Notes: generated from the sequence alone by a model not told the origin. Counted from the first letter of the stretch, positions 10,621 through 22,425 are shown. The stretch: 35,054 bases of DNA from Sminthopsis crassicaudata (GCF_048593235.1 NC_133617.1:741872958-741908011); one strand, 5' to 3'. Numbers and translations are program-made.

Positions 10621-11731
10621 TAATAACAACTAACATTTAGAGGGTGCACTAAGGTTTGTGAAGTTCAACAACCTGGGAGCATGGCCTTGGGACCATACTC
10701 GGGAGCTGATCCCGCCCTTCCCCTTGCCCTTTTACAGTTAGGTCCATCCACTTGCACTCAGCAACCCCGCTGTTTGCCTTGGGATTTAGTTAGCCCCCTC
10801 TTAAACACCTCATAAGATGGGGGAAGACCTGGGAAAGGACCTGCCTGCCTTCTGTCGATTGGACTTTTGGACGTGACTTGGGCTGGATATAAGGTGACTT
10901 TGATGGAATGATATCCCCTCAAAACAAAAACAGGGGTGAGAAAGAAAATTGCATTGGAAGAAAGGAGGGGGAGATTGAATTGGACAGATTATCCCGCATA
11001 AAAGAGGCATGAAAGAGATATCATAATGGAGGGGAAAATGAAGGGGTGATGGGCAAAGCTTAAACCTTCCTCTCATCAAAGTAGGCTCAAAGAGGGAATA
11101 CCATTACACTTAATAGTTCAGAAATCTATCTTATCCTATAAGGAAGTAAAAAGGGATGTGGAGAATAGAAAAGGGAGGGAAAACTGATAAAAGGAAGAGC
11201 TTATTGAGGAAGAAGTAAAACAGTTTTGAGAAGGGAAAGGGTAGGGAATAAGAAAGGGGGATAAATAAGGGGAAAATAGTATGGAAGGAAATACACAGTT
11301 ATCATAACTACAAATGAGAAAGGGATGCTCTCACCCATAAAACTAAAATACAAAGGACAATGGATTAAAAACCAGAATCTACAATACTTTGTTTACAAGA
11401 AACACATTTGAAGCAGAGAGATAGACACAGGATAATGGTAGGGGTTGGAGCAAAATTTATCGGCTTCAGCTGAAGCAAAGAAAACAGGAATAGCAATTGT
11501 GATCTCAGACAAAACAAAAGCAAAAAGATCTCATTAAGAGAGATAAGGAAGGAAACTACGTCTTGCTGAAATGTGCCAAAGACAATAAAGTCATATCAAT
11601 AGTAAACATATGTACCAACTGATATAGCATCTAAATTTTTGAAGAAGTTGAATGAGTTATAGAAGAAAATTGATAATAAAACTATACTAGTGGGGGACCT
11701 CAACTTTCCCCTCTCAAAACTAGATAAGTCT

Positions 11732-13070
11732 TTTTTATATATTCAGATTTTAAAAACAAGTTTATAAAACATATATTGCATGTTGTATATAATATATGAG
11801 GACTGGATAGTACAAATTTATGTTCACAGTTTGACGTGACAAAATATCATTATTGAATTCCTATTGATCTACCAAAGTAGAAACAGTGAAGTTACATAAA
11901 ATACTCACATCCTTAGGAAGAAAGGTTGCCAAAATGTTTCATTATTTGCAAGTTATATTAATGAATGCTAAACACCTTTTACCCATTCATTCTTATTAGC
12001 TTATAGAATATTTTGCATTTATTAAAATATCTGCATAATTTACACAAGTATTAAAGTACTATAAAGTAATATTCTGCTATATTGGCAAGTATGGTTTAAG
12101 AAATGCTAAACAGAAATATTACTTTAACCCTCTAACATTAAGTAAAATAAATAGAAAAAAAAGAGGGTAGTATTTGTAAAACATAGCATTGTTGTAGCCC
12201 TCATTTAATCTGTGTAAAATGGCTTTATTTTAGAAAGAATTTCCGGTCATTTTAGAAGTTGTTCACTTGACTGAAGAGAAAGAAGACAATATACTCTGAT
12301 CAACTTTATGTCCTTCAGGGATTTTTCAAGAACTATGATCTATTTTTCAAACAAGCCAAATCACTGCCAAACCTGCTTTCCTCAAAGAGATTGTCCATAA
12401 AAATAATCACAAAAATGATCACAAATGACAAACAGTGCTATACAGTATCAGCAAAATGCAGATGAGTCATTTTTAAAAATTTCACATCTAGTTCTCCTAA
12501 GGATCTTTTTTAAGGCTCTTGAGAACCTTCTGCTAATTTAGCACCTCTTTGGTTGTATGCAATATCTATTCTGATAATATATTCCCTAACCCAAAAGTCC
12601 ATTAGAAAGTTCATGCCCATTGAAGAGGTAGATTCCCATTTTAAAACTCTAATGTGAGACATATTTATTGTTAATTTCCTGTCTTCTTCCCTGTGACACA
12701 CAAGGAATCTGAGAAATCATTTAGCAAGTAGAATTTTCAAAAGAATTCCATGTGAACAAACAATCGTGGTTGATTAAGGATATTGTTACTAAAATGACCA
12801 TTGAGAGTGATAGGATATATAACGCAAAAATATGTTCAAGAGCATTTCAAGATTATGCTGTATTTGAATCCTTCCATAATAAATAGCTTCGAATCACCGA
12901 GAGACTAGAATTTTCATCAATGAAAATAAAATACATTATTTATAAAGGAAATTTTGTAAAGGACCAAATAACTAAACTAAACAAAAGACAAGAGAGAGAA
13001 ACATGGGAATGCACAATCATGTCTCAAGGTTGTTTTCTTTTTTTGAAGTTGATCAGTTGTTGATAAATAA
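11732..13070 (-). pseudogene. 1.34-kb non-repeat, AT-rich retro-insertion (3'UTR retrocopy or orphan transduction) inside L1
   Basis: Flanked by tagataagtct (11721-11731) and tagataaatct (13071-13081), an 11-bp TSD with 1 mismatch. There is a short T tract at the left end and an ATCT/AA target site. It has no recognisable TE or long ORF. Confidence 0.6.
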
Positions 13071-13283
13071 TAGATAAATCTAACAAAAAAATAAACAAGA
13101 AGTTAAGAAATGTTAGATACGGTAGCTCTCTGGAGAAACTGGAATGGGAATGGAAATTTTTTCTCAGAAGTACACAGAACCTGCACAAAAATTGACTATA
13201 TGTTAGAATATAAAAACCTTATAACCAAATGCATAAAAGCAGAAATAGTAAATGTATCCTTTTTAGATTATAATGCAATAAAA

Positions 13284-14144
13284 TTATTTTTTACTTTAAA
13301 ATTTTTTTATTAAAGTTTTTTATTTACAAAACATAAGCATGGGTAATTTTTCAACATTGACCCTTGCAAAACTTTCTGATCCAAATTTTTTCCCTCCTTC
13401 TTCCCACCCCTTCTCCTAGAAGGCAGTAGTCCAATTCATGTTAAACATGTTAAAATATATGTTAAGTCCAATATATGTATACATATTTATATAGTTATCT
13501 TTTTAAAAGTTTCTAATTAATTAATTAATTAAAATTTTTACACAAATTTTATGCATAGATAATTTTTCAGCATTGACAATTGCAAAACCTTTTGTTCCAA
13601 CTTTTCCCCTCCTTCCCCCCACCCCTTCACCCAGATGGCAGGTTGCTAATATATGTTAAATATGTTAGAATTATACAGTTATCTTGCTGCACAAGAAAAA
13701 TTAGATCAAGAAGGGAAAAAAAAACTGAGAAAGAAAACAAAATGCAAGTAAATAACAACAAAAAGAGTGAAAATACCATGTTGTAATCCACACTCAGTTC
13801 CCACAATTCTCTCTCTGGGTGTAGATGGCTCTTTTCATCACTCAACAAATGGAATTGGTTTGAATCATCTCATTGTTGAAGAGAGGCATGTCCATCAGAA
13901 CTGATCACTATATGATCTTGCTGTTGCCGTGTGCAATGATCTCCTGGTTCTGCTCACTTCCCTCAGCATCAGTTCCTGTCAGTCTCTCCAAGCCTCTCTG
14001 AAACCATCCGGCTGGCCATTTCTTATACAACAATAGTATTCCATAACATTCATATACCATAATTTATTCAGCCCATCAATTGATGGGCATCCATTCAGTT
14101 TCCAGTTTCTAGACACCACAAAAGGCTGCCATAAACATTTTGCA
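13284..14144 (-). mobile_element. L1 3' fragment (ORF2 C-terminus and 3'UTR) inserted into the older L1
   Basis: ORF 13979-14203 ...FVVSRNWKLNGCPSIDGLNKLWYMNVMEYYC...FREAWRD. TSD tgcaataaaa lies at 13274-13283 and 14141-14150. Confidence 0.88.
13501..13670 (-). mobile_element. Second, very short L1 3' end nested within the previous L1 3'UTR
   Basis: A new T/AT-rich tail and a second copy of the cattgac...tccccccacccc...ggcagg block are flanked by ttatatagttatct (13487-13500) and ttatacagttatct (13671-13684). Confidence 0.65.
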
Positions 14145-16420
14145 ATAAAAACTATATTCAATAATGGACAATGGAAAGACATTAAAAGTAATTGGAAATT
14201 CAATAATTTAATCTTAAAAAAACAAGAGGGTCAAAGAACAAATTATAGAGACAATTGATAATTTCATAAAATTATCACAAAAAACAAGACAGCCTACCAA
14301 AATTTATGGAATGCAGCCACAGTGGTATGTAGGGGGAAAATTATAGCTCTAATTGTTTACATCAATAAAGTAATTGAGAAAAAGGAGATCAATGAATTGG
14401 ACATGCAACTAAAAAAAAACTAGAAAAAAGAACAAATTAAAAATCCCCCATTAAACACCAAATTAGAAAACTTGAAAACCAAAGGAGAGATTAATACAAT
14501 TGAAAGTAGGAAAACCGTTGAACTAATAAATAAAACTAGAAGTTGGTTTTATGAAAAAAATCAATGAAACAGACAACTCATTGGTTAATTTGATTAGAAA
14601 AAAGAGAAAACAAAATTACTAGTTTCAAAAATGAAAGGGGTAAGTTCACCACAAATGAAGAAGAAATTAAAACAATTATTAGGAGCTATTTTGCCCAATT
14701 ACATGCCAATAAGTTTGACAATTTAAATGAAATAGATGAATTTCTATGATGATATAAACTGCTCAGATTAATAGAAGAAAAAAATACTTAATCCAATCTT
14801 AGAAAAAGAAATTGGAAAAGCCATTAATGAACTTCCTAAGAAAAAATCCCCAGGATCAGATGAATTCACAAGTGAACTCTATCAAACATTTAAAGAACAA
14901 ATTAATTCCAATTCTATATAAGCTATTTGAAAAAAATAGGTGGAATCCTGCCCAATTCCTTTTATGACAAACATGGTGCTGATACTTAAATCAGGAAGAC
15001 CCAAAACAGAGAAATTTCCCTAATGAATATTAATGCAAAGATTTTAAATAAAATACTAGCAAGGAAATTACAGCCACATATCACAAGGATCATACATTAT
15101 GAGTAGGTGGGGTCTATACCAGAACTGCAGGGCTGGCTCAATATTAGGAAAATATCAGCATAATTGACCATATCAATAACAAAACCATTAGAAATCATAA
15201 AACTATTTCAATAGATAAAGAAAAAGCCTTTGACAAAAAACAGCACCCATTTCTATTAAAAATACTAGACAGCATAGGAATAAATAGAGCTTTCCATAAA
15301 ATGAATATTTTACCTGAAAGCATAAACAAGAATTATTTGTAACCGAGGTAAGCTAGAATCCTTCCCAATACAATCAGGAGTGAAGCAAGGATACCCATGA
15401 TCACTTTTGTTATTTAATATTGTACTAAAAATATTAGCTACAGCAATAAGAGAAGAAAAAGAAATGAAAGGAATTAGAAGAGGCAATGAGGAAACAAACT
15501 TTTCAGTCTTTGAAGATATGTTATGCTTAGGAAATCTCACATAATCAACTAAAAATTACTTGAAATTATTAGCAATTTTGGCAAAGTTGTAAGATACAAG
15601 ATAAACTCACAGTATATCATCATTAGTATGTTACTAACAAAGCCCAGCAGCAAGAGATAGAAAGAGAAATTCCATTTAGATAACTGTAGACAATATAAAA
15701 TTTCTGCCAAGGTAAACCCAGGAACTATGTGAATACAACTATAAAACACTTTCCACCCAAATCGAACCAGATACAATTAGAATTGGAAAAATGTTAATTG
15801 CTCATGGGTAGGCTAAATCAATATAATAAAATGACAATTCTATCTAAATTTATTTATTCAATACCATGCAAATCAAACTTTCAAAAACTCATTTTATAGA
15901 ACTAGAAAAAAATAACAGGATATATAGAACTAGAATAAATAATATAAATATTAAAAAATCAAACTAAAAAATTAAAAATTCATCTGGAAGTTCAGGGATA
16001 TCAAGGGGATCAATGAAAAAAAAATGTGAATATAGGTTATCTAGCCATACCAGATCTCAAACTGTATTATAAAGTGGCAATTATCAAAACAAAACTGACT
16101 AAGAAGCAGAATAAATTAGGTATAAATTACATTATAGCAAATGACCAGAGTAATCTAGTATATACGATAAACCCAAAGACTTAAGATTTTAGGACAAAAA
16201 AACTTCATTATTGATAAAAGTGTTATTACTAGACTCTTATGATTCTTCTTTTCCCACCATCCATACTTTGTCCTGCACCTACCTCATGGTAAGCCTTATC
16301 TGGGTAGTACTTAGACTCTTTCTTGGGGATTTAGTGAAGACTCCCTATTTTTTGTTTTGCTGCATATCTCATTGGATCAAATAAAATAAACTTTCTTACT
16401 CAATGGACAAATTTAAGATT

Positions 16421-16563
16421 TTTTCCCCTCCTGAGGCTGGGGTTAAGTGACTTGCCCAGGATCACACAGCCAGGAAGTGTTAAGTGTCTGAGACCAGATT
16501 TGAATTCAGGTCCTCCTGACTTCAGGGCTGGTGCTCTATCCACTGCACCACCTAGCTTCCCCT
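16421..16563 (-). mobile_element. WSINE1, full length
   Basis: The reverse complement reads ...ctaggtggtgcagtggatagagcaccagccctgaagtcaggaggacctgaattcaaatctggtctcagacacttaacacttcctgg. A perfect 15-bp TSD gacaaatttaagatt lies at 16406-16420 and 16564-16578. Confidence 0.93.
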
Positions 16564-16807
16564 GACAAATTTAAGATTAAGAAGGAACATTGATAAAGGC
16601 CTCTTAGGTGGAAGTAGCAAAGGGTCATCAATTCTTTGGACCTAACGGTTTCTAGAATGGAGAAAGGAAATTCCTGGGGATTATAATTCAAGAGAGAGAA
16701 GACGGTATTTTCTGGAGACTGCTTTTCAGTTGGGGAAAATAATTTCTTGGTGATCTTGCTAAAAGTACCATGCTCCTTCATATAGTAAAATATTAAAGAC
16801 GAGAAGT

Positions 16808-17057
16808 AAGGAGATACCAGTAAACATTTAACAACCAGCTCCACTCACCTCCTCCACCAAATATATATAACACATTTTCATGTTTAATCTGAATTATTAA
16901 TATTTTCTCCATCCCTTTTTAAGTTTAGACAATCAACAAAACAATAAATTGAGCCTTGATTTGTACCACTTACTGATTTCTGAGGTGTGAAATGCTCACA
17001 GTGAAAATTTAATAATCAGCTCTTCCAAGGCTTTGAACTGGTTCCAGTACATCTCTG
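16808..17057. mobile_element. Non-autonomous hAT (Tip100-like) DNA transposon remnant
   Basis: Left end cagtaaacatttaacaaccagctcc and right end aatcagctct...gaactggttccagtacatctctg match recalled hAT-Tip100-type termini once CpG decay is allowed for. No TSD is visible. Confidence 0.5.
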
Positions 17058-17092
17058 GGTGAAAACAATTTGAGGTAAGTACAGGGTACAGA

Positions 17093-17290
17093 AGGGAAGC
17101 TAGGTTGCCCAGTAGGTAGAGTTCTAGTCCTAGAGTCAAAAAAACCCGAGTTCACCTCCAGTCTCACTTATTATCTGTGTGAACTATGTCAAATCCAGTT
17201 TCCTCAACTGGGAGAAGGTGATAATAATAGCACTTACTTCCTGGGGTTGTTGTAGTGCCTGGCACATAGTAGGGGCAATATAAATATCAT
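17093..17290 (+). mobile_element. MIR-like SINE with an L2-like tail
   Basis: tRNA-like head, cagtttcctcaactg, and aataatagcacttacttcctggggttgttgt. Confidence 0.6.
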
Positions 17291-17877
17291 TATTAAAAAA
17301 ACCTTTCCCTTCTTTAAGTTTTAAGAGACTTTGCATTTCTTTAATTTGTAGGGATAGAAAGGATTTTCCTGGAGAAAGCCAACATGGCGCTCAGCCCCAT
17401 TCATGGTCCATGGAGGATTTCTTTCCTTCTCCCATTCTCACCAAACAAGTAGAGTGGTTCACACACAAGTGGAAGGCAGAGGGTGGGAAAGAGCTAAGCC
17501 TGAAGAACAGCATTGAGGTTTGACCAGATTGCTAGGGCTGGCTTTCAATGGCGGCACTTCAACAGACAAGGCCCTGGAAAACGGTGGTCTGGGTTGTGTC
17601 TCTGCTGGGAGTGCTCGGCGGTTAGTGTTGGCGGGGATCTGGAAGACGGCCCTCTCTCCACAATGGTTACTCTTCTTGCTGACATTTGTCATGCTAGGCT
17701 GGAAGGAGGCTGGTGGGCTGAGAGGCTTTTATGTTCTCAAGGCTTTTGGGTTCTAGATTCAAGGCTATTCCCCTGGGGACTGAGGATAGCCAATGGGGGC
17801 TTGTTTAACTTGCCTGGAACACATTGACTCTGGATGGGAAGTGCTTGAGAACTCCTCCCTTGAAATACTGTCTCTTT

Positions 17878-18020
17878 GGGGCAGCCAGGTGGGTCAGTGG
17901 GTAGAGCATCCGCTCTGAAGTCAGGAGGACCAGAGTTCAAATTTGACCTTAACACTTAACACTTCCTAGATGTGTGACCCTGGGCAAGTCACTTAACCTC
18001 AATTACCTCAGGGGGGGGGG
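17878..18020 (+). mobile_element. WSINE1 with a poly-G tail
   Basis: gggcagccaggtgggtcagtgggtagagc...cttaacacttcctag...cttaacctcaattacctca, then a G run. TSD gaaa(g)tactgtctcttt lies at 17862-17877 and 18021-18037. Confidence 0.9.
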
Positions 18021-18779
18021 GAAAGTACTGTCTCTTTTATGATTGGAGCAGCAGGAAGAAGTCATTTCTTCCACAAAGTCCTGGCTGACTAGTACTTCAG
18101 AATATGCCCTGATTCTGGCTGCGCAGCTGGCAGCCCATCCAAGGGGCTCTAATTCACTGAACAAATGGCAGGCTGGCCTCAGTTACAGACCACCTGTACA
18201 TGGTCCAGATCTCTCCCAAGCACTCCCGGTCGCCATCATCCTCAGTCCTTAGCTTCTTCCACTGGACACATCGCTCTCAGTCCTGGGCTCGCCGGCCACT
18301 GCCCCACTGGACTTGTCACGTCCTCTCGGCTTCTCGCTGCCTCGGTTGCCCGTCTTCTGTTACGCTTAAGAAGTATCTACCATGAGTCGCCATACCAAAT
18401 ACTTGTAACCTCTAAACTACCTGGAAAAACCCACCTTTGAAATGTAGAAAGCTAGCAGAGGAGCTCCAACTCTGTGGGCGCAGGATGCCGTACACAGCCT
18501 CCCTGTCATCCTGCCTGACACCGAGATTGTCCCGAAGCTGCTTTTCAAGGAGCCTGCAGAGGTGAACTCGCATCCCAAGGCTTTCATTTACCTGCAGAAG
18601 GCAGTTATGTTATCCACTTGTGCCTCAGCTTACAGAACATTAAACAAAAACAGATGGCGGGGCAGAAGGACTTGTCCCAGGACGGTTTCTATTTGAACCC
18701 CCTGGCATAAGATGAGAAGAACAAGACAACAGCCCTACCAGCGACCGTCGAAGCAGCTTGGGTTCGAATAGGACGCTCA

Positions 18780-18920
18780 GGTTTGCCAAGAGCTTCACAA
18801 AGCCCTGGCTTTGCCCCCCACAACCCTGGAAAGGAGACACTACCGTTAGCCTCACTTTACAGATGAGGAAATTGAGACTTGGAGAAGGGAAGGGGCTTGC
18901 CGGGGGTCCCAGAGCCAGTG
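18780..18920 (-). mobile_element. MIR
   Basis: gtttgccaagagcttcaca...ctcactttacagatgaggaaattgagac. Confidence 0.65.
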
Positions 18921-19253
18921 AACCCCAAAGGAGGAGCCAGAAACCCATTCTGAGCAGAGCGGCTTCTCCCAGCCTTTTTTATCCAGGTTCCGTGTTGCTG
19001 GAATGAATAGCGAGGGCAGGTGTGGGAGGGAAGAGCAGGAGATGGTGACAGGTGTGCACGGGAGTCAGTGGGAGATGGCAGCTTTCTGGGCTGCTAATTG
19101 TATTTTCTTACCGTGAAGGCAGTTCTAGCTGCTTTTTACCTTGGGAGGGAGAGGCAGGGTGGGGATTCTCCATATTTTGTGCTAGGACATCTCTGCTTTT
19201 CTCTTTTGTTGGTCATTTAATCACAGAATCTTTGTGGATCTAACCCTGCCACC

Positions 19254-19258
<5 letters not shown>

Positions 19259-19314
<56 letters not shown>
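19259..19314. repeat. (TG)28 microsatellite
   Basis: Perfect dinucleotide run. Confidence 0.98.
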
Positions 19315-19315
<1 letters not shown>

Positions 19316-19848
19316 TTCAGACCACAGCACAATGTGTTTCCTCAGTAAGAATGTGCCGAACTTCCTGTTCTCCACGAAGGTGCCCAATGTTCATTTCTCA
19401 AATTTTGAGACTCTTAGAATAAGGGATGGGGCCAGAGAGTGAATCTGGAATGGTGGGGTAGTGGACAAGCTCACTCTATGCTGTCTGAGGCGCTTTCTCC
19501 TTTGAGGCTCTGTCATTTAGTTTTTATTTTTACATTTATTTTTTTCTTCTTCTTTAAAACCCTCTTGTGGAGGCTCCTCCCTCGGGCAGACTCCTACTTT
19601 CCTCTATTTTCACCATTTGAGGATGCTGGCACGAGGTGGTCCCAGAGCCGATGGAACCTTTCAGACCCGACTTGAGCAACTCCGTTCACCAGCAGGACAC
19701 ATATGCTTTGGAGGTTATATATTTGAGTTCTCATGTGAAGTAGAGACATTCAGATATAGAGTCTATCCATTCCTCTGACTCCAGCTGACTAAATCCTTGT
19801 TCCCAGAATCCTTTGCCCTTCCTACTTGTTCTTCCCTTTGTCCTTTCA

Positions 19849-20021
19849 AGGCAAGGTACAGTGTGTCCAACTGGGGCTGCTCAGTCCACAATAAGCTCAG
19901 AACCTTAACCACAAGTCAGGCACAAATGGTCCATGGGAACATTTGAAATGGAGAGGTCTCTAGATTTGAGCATCTCATTTTTTTTTTTTTTGGTGCTACT
20001 ACAATTCTGCTTCCCTCGCAG
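19849..20021 (-). mobile_element. RTE 3'-end fragment, near-copy of 21461-21630
   Basis: The reverse strand corresponds to the RTE C-terminal zinc-finger region and is ~90% identical to the copy 1.6 kb downstream. Confidence 0.8.
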
Positions 20022-20259
20022 CTACGTGCTGAACAATATAGGGACCAAAACAAAGCCATCTCTGCTTCTAAGGAAATACATGCAAAGTAGCCACCTTTAG
20101 GCATTAGCCGCTGAGGAGCTGGGAACTCCCCCACATTGGGGCACTGTATGTTATAGTGGGAAAACATACTGGGTATGGAGTTAGAGGACTTGGGTTCAAA
20201 TTCAGCTCATTAATAATTGACTCATTAATAAATGAATTACCTATTCCACGGTAGAGCTC

Positions 20260-20690
20260 CCTGCATCCTCTCTCTCCCCTCTCCCCTCCATCTTCCACCT
20301 GGCTTCCTAAAGCACAGGGCTAACCATGCTATTTCCCTAAGGGAGCTCCGAAAAAGGTTCAATGGGCCCCTATTTCCTAGAATCAAACATAAACTCTGTT
20401 TGGCATTTACACAGTCTGACTTCAGCCCCGCTTCCCGGACTGATTTCACCTTATTCCATCTCACACACGCTCTGATCCAGATGCTCCCTGGGGAACTGCG
20501 CCAGAAAACCCCGTCTCTCATCTCAAGGTCTCTTGCCTAGAATGCCCGCTCTCTCACCCCTGTCTGTCACTTCCAGATTAAATGTCACCGTCTTCACGAG
20601 TCCCTTCCCAGTTTCCCAGCTGCTAGATTGCTTTGTTTTAGTCCCTGGATGCTTCAGCCCCTGGCACAGTGCATGGCACATAGAGAGACC
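20260..20690 (+). mobile_element. L2 3' fragment
   Basis: ttcctaaagcacagggctaaccatg...agaatcaaacataaactctgtttggcattt...cccctggcacagtgcatggcacatag. Confidence 0.7.
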
Positions 20691-21234
20691 TCTTTACTTC
20701 CCAATTTTACTCCATGGTTGGACTAAATTCAAAGGAAAGGTTCCTTTCAGCTCTGAATTCTATAATTACAAGTGAAAGGATAACAAGGAGCCGCTCTCAG
20801 ATTTTGTCAACGTAGGGATTTTGTTATTTAGTCGTCATTTAATCAGAGGTAATTTTCCTGACTTTTCCGTCTTCTGTTGGTTTGTGGATTGTATCACGTG
20901 CCTTTGGGCAGGTGTGGGCTCACTAGCAGAGAGATAATAGACTTGTTAAGCCATGCGCTCTGAGGAGTTATAACGTAGGTGGGTGAGTACTTGGACCCTC
21001 TTCAGCCTTCTCTTTCAGTGCCCTTCTCTGCTCTCTCCTGCTCCGCTGGGATTTTTCCTCCCTCAGGTGCTTGTCCGGTGGCCCATTTTTGCCAGCTTTC
21101 AGTTGGCTAACGGTCACAGATGTCTGTTAAGGTCTGAACCCACAGGTTGTGCAAACAGAGATCGGTGTCCCAGCTGGACCACTTTGGAAGCATTTGCATT
21201 TTCACAGAGATATCTGAAGACGCAAAGGAATGAA

Positions 21235-21390
21235 TTCCATAATTCAAGAAGCATTAATGAACAATTCTCTGTTACGTACAAGATATCACTGTACTGGGTT
21301 CTAGGTCACAAGAACAAAAGCAAACTTCCTTAAGGAAGTAATCTGTTACTGAGGGTACACAAAATGTATACAGATGGGTAAATACAATAT
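21235..21390 (-). mobile_element. L2 3' end
   Basis: aattcaagaagcattaatg...actgtactgggttctagg...ccttaaggaag. Confidence 0.5.
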
Positions 21391-21424
21391 ATATATATAT
21401 ATATGCATATTGTTTGTGTGTGTG

Positions 21425-21775
21425 TACTTGTAGAGGACTAAAGTGACATCATGATGCTGGAGGCAAAGTACAGTGTGTGCAACTGGGGCTGCTCAGTCTG
21501 CGATAAGCTCAGAACCTTTACCACAAGTCAGGCACAAATGGTCCATGGGAACATTTGAAATGGAGAGGGCTCTAGACTCGAGCATCTCGTGTTTTATTTT
21601 GGTGCTACTGCAGTTCTGCTTCCCTCACAGCGCCTTGTTTGATGCTGGTGTGCTCTGCTTGGTAGTCCTGTGTCAGCGTCTCCTGTGTCTCCCAACGGGC
21701 ACTAAAGTTCTTCCCAGAGACCTCGGGAGTGTCCTTATGCAGCTGCTTCTGCTCTCTGTGTGAGCACTTGCTTGT
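21425..21775 (-). mobile_element. RTE LINE 3' fragment
   Basis: agaggactaaagtgacatc...gtacagtgtgtgcaactg...gagacctcgggagtgtcctt...tgtgagcacttg is collinear with the reverse RTE 3' end. Confidence 0.8.
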
Positions 21776-21913
21776 GCTATGTATGCTAGGGTTTAAAGTC
21801 AAGTAAACACACTTTGCTTAAGTGTTGACCATGCGCCAAATATTGTGCTAAGTTCTGGACACACACACACAAACCCAAAACAGTGGCTGCCCTTCAAGGA
21901 ACTTCTAATCTAA

Positions 21914-22322
21914 NNNNNNNNNNNNNNNNNNNNNNNNNNNNNNNNNNNNNNNNNNNNNNNNNNNNNNNNNNNNNNNNNNNNNNNNNNNNNNNNNNNNNNN
22001 NNNNNNNNNNNNNNNNNNNNNNNNNNNNNNNNNNNNNNNNNNNNNNNNNNNNNNNNNNNNNNNNNNNNNNNNNNNNNNNNNNNNNNNNNNNNNNNNNNNN
22101 NNNNNNNNNNNNNNNNNNNNNNNNNNNNNNNNNNNNNNNNNNNNNNNNNNNNNNNNNNNNNNNNNNNNNNNNNNNNNNNNNNNNNNNNNNNNNNNNNNNN
22201 NNNNNNNNNNNNNNNNNNNNNNNNNNNNNNNNNNNNNNNNNNNNNNNNNNNNNNNNNNNNNNNNNNNNNNNNNNNNNNNNNNNNNNNNNNNNNNNNNNNN
22301 NNNNNNNNNNNNNNNNNNNNNN
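21914..22322. other. Assembly gap (409 N)
   Basis: Run of N. Confidence 1.
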
Positions 22323-22425
22323 GGTAAATGACTTACTTGCACAGGATCACACAGCTACTAAGTGTTAAGTGTCTGAGGCCAGATTGGCTCAGGTCCACCT
22401 GACTTCAAGGCTGGTACTCCTTCCA
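22323..22425 (-). mobile_element. WSINE1 fragment abutting the gap
   Basis: aggatcacacagctactaagtgttaagtgtctgaggccagatt...ctgacttcaaggctggtac. Confidence 0.75.

Larger units (their letters stand above)
10865..16220 (+). mobile_element. Degenerate L1 (inter-ORF region, ORF2 endonuclease and RT; 3' end missing), interrupted at 11732-13070 and 13284-14144
   Basis: EN motifs are recognisable (tgtttacaagaaacacatttg = CLQETHL; ctagtgggggacctcaac = LVGDLN). An RT region near 15385-15540 resembles QGCPLSPLLFNIVLE...FADDM. The copy has many stops and frameshifts. L1 sequence resumes collinearly after each insert. Confidence 0.92.

Noticed and set aside
15895-15942. 20-nt imperfect direct repeat tatagaactagaa(a/t)aaataa in L1
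   Set aside because: Small slippage duplication in A-rich dead L1 sequence; no functional implication.
18043-18252. TKSWL...SYRPP...SQAL peptide suggestive of a CR1/L2 endonuclease
   Set aside because: Motif spacing is wrong and no GDFN motif follows; too weak to call.
18448-18726. Protein-like open frame QDAVHSLPVILPDTEIVPKLLFKEPAE
   Set aside because: cctgacaccgagattgtcc...ctgcagagg resembles the RTE PDTEVL...LQRAQL segment, so it is more likely a decayed RTE scrap. The flanking splice sites are weak.
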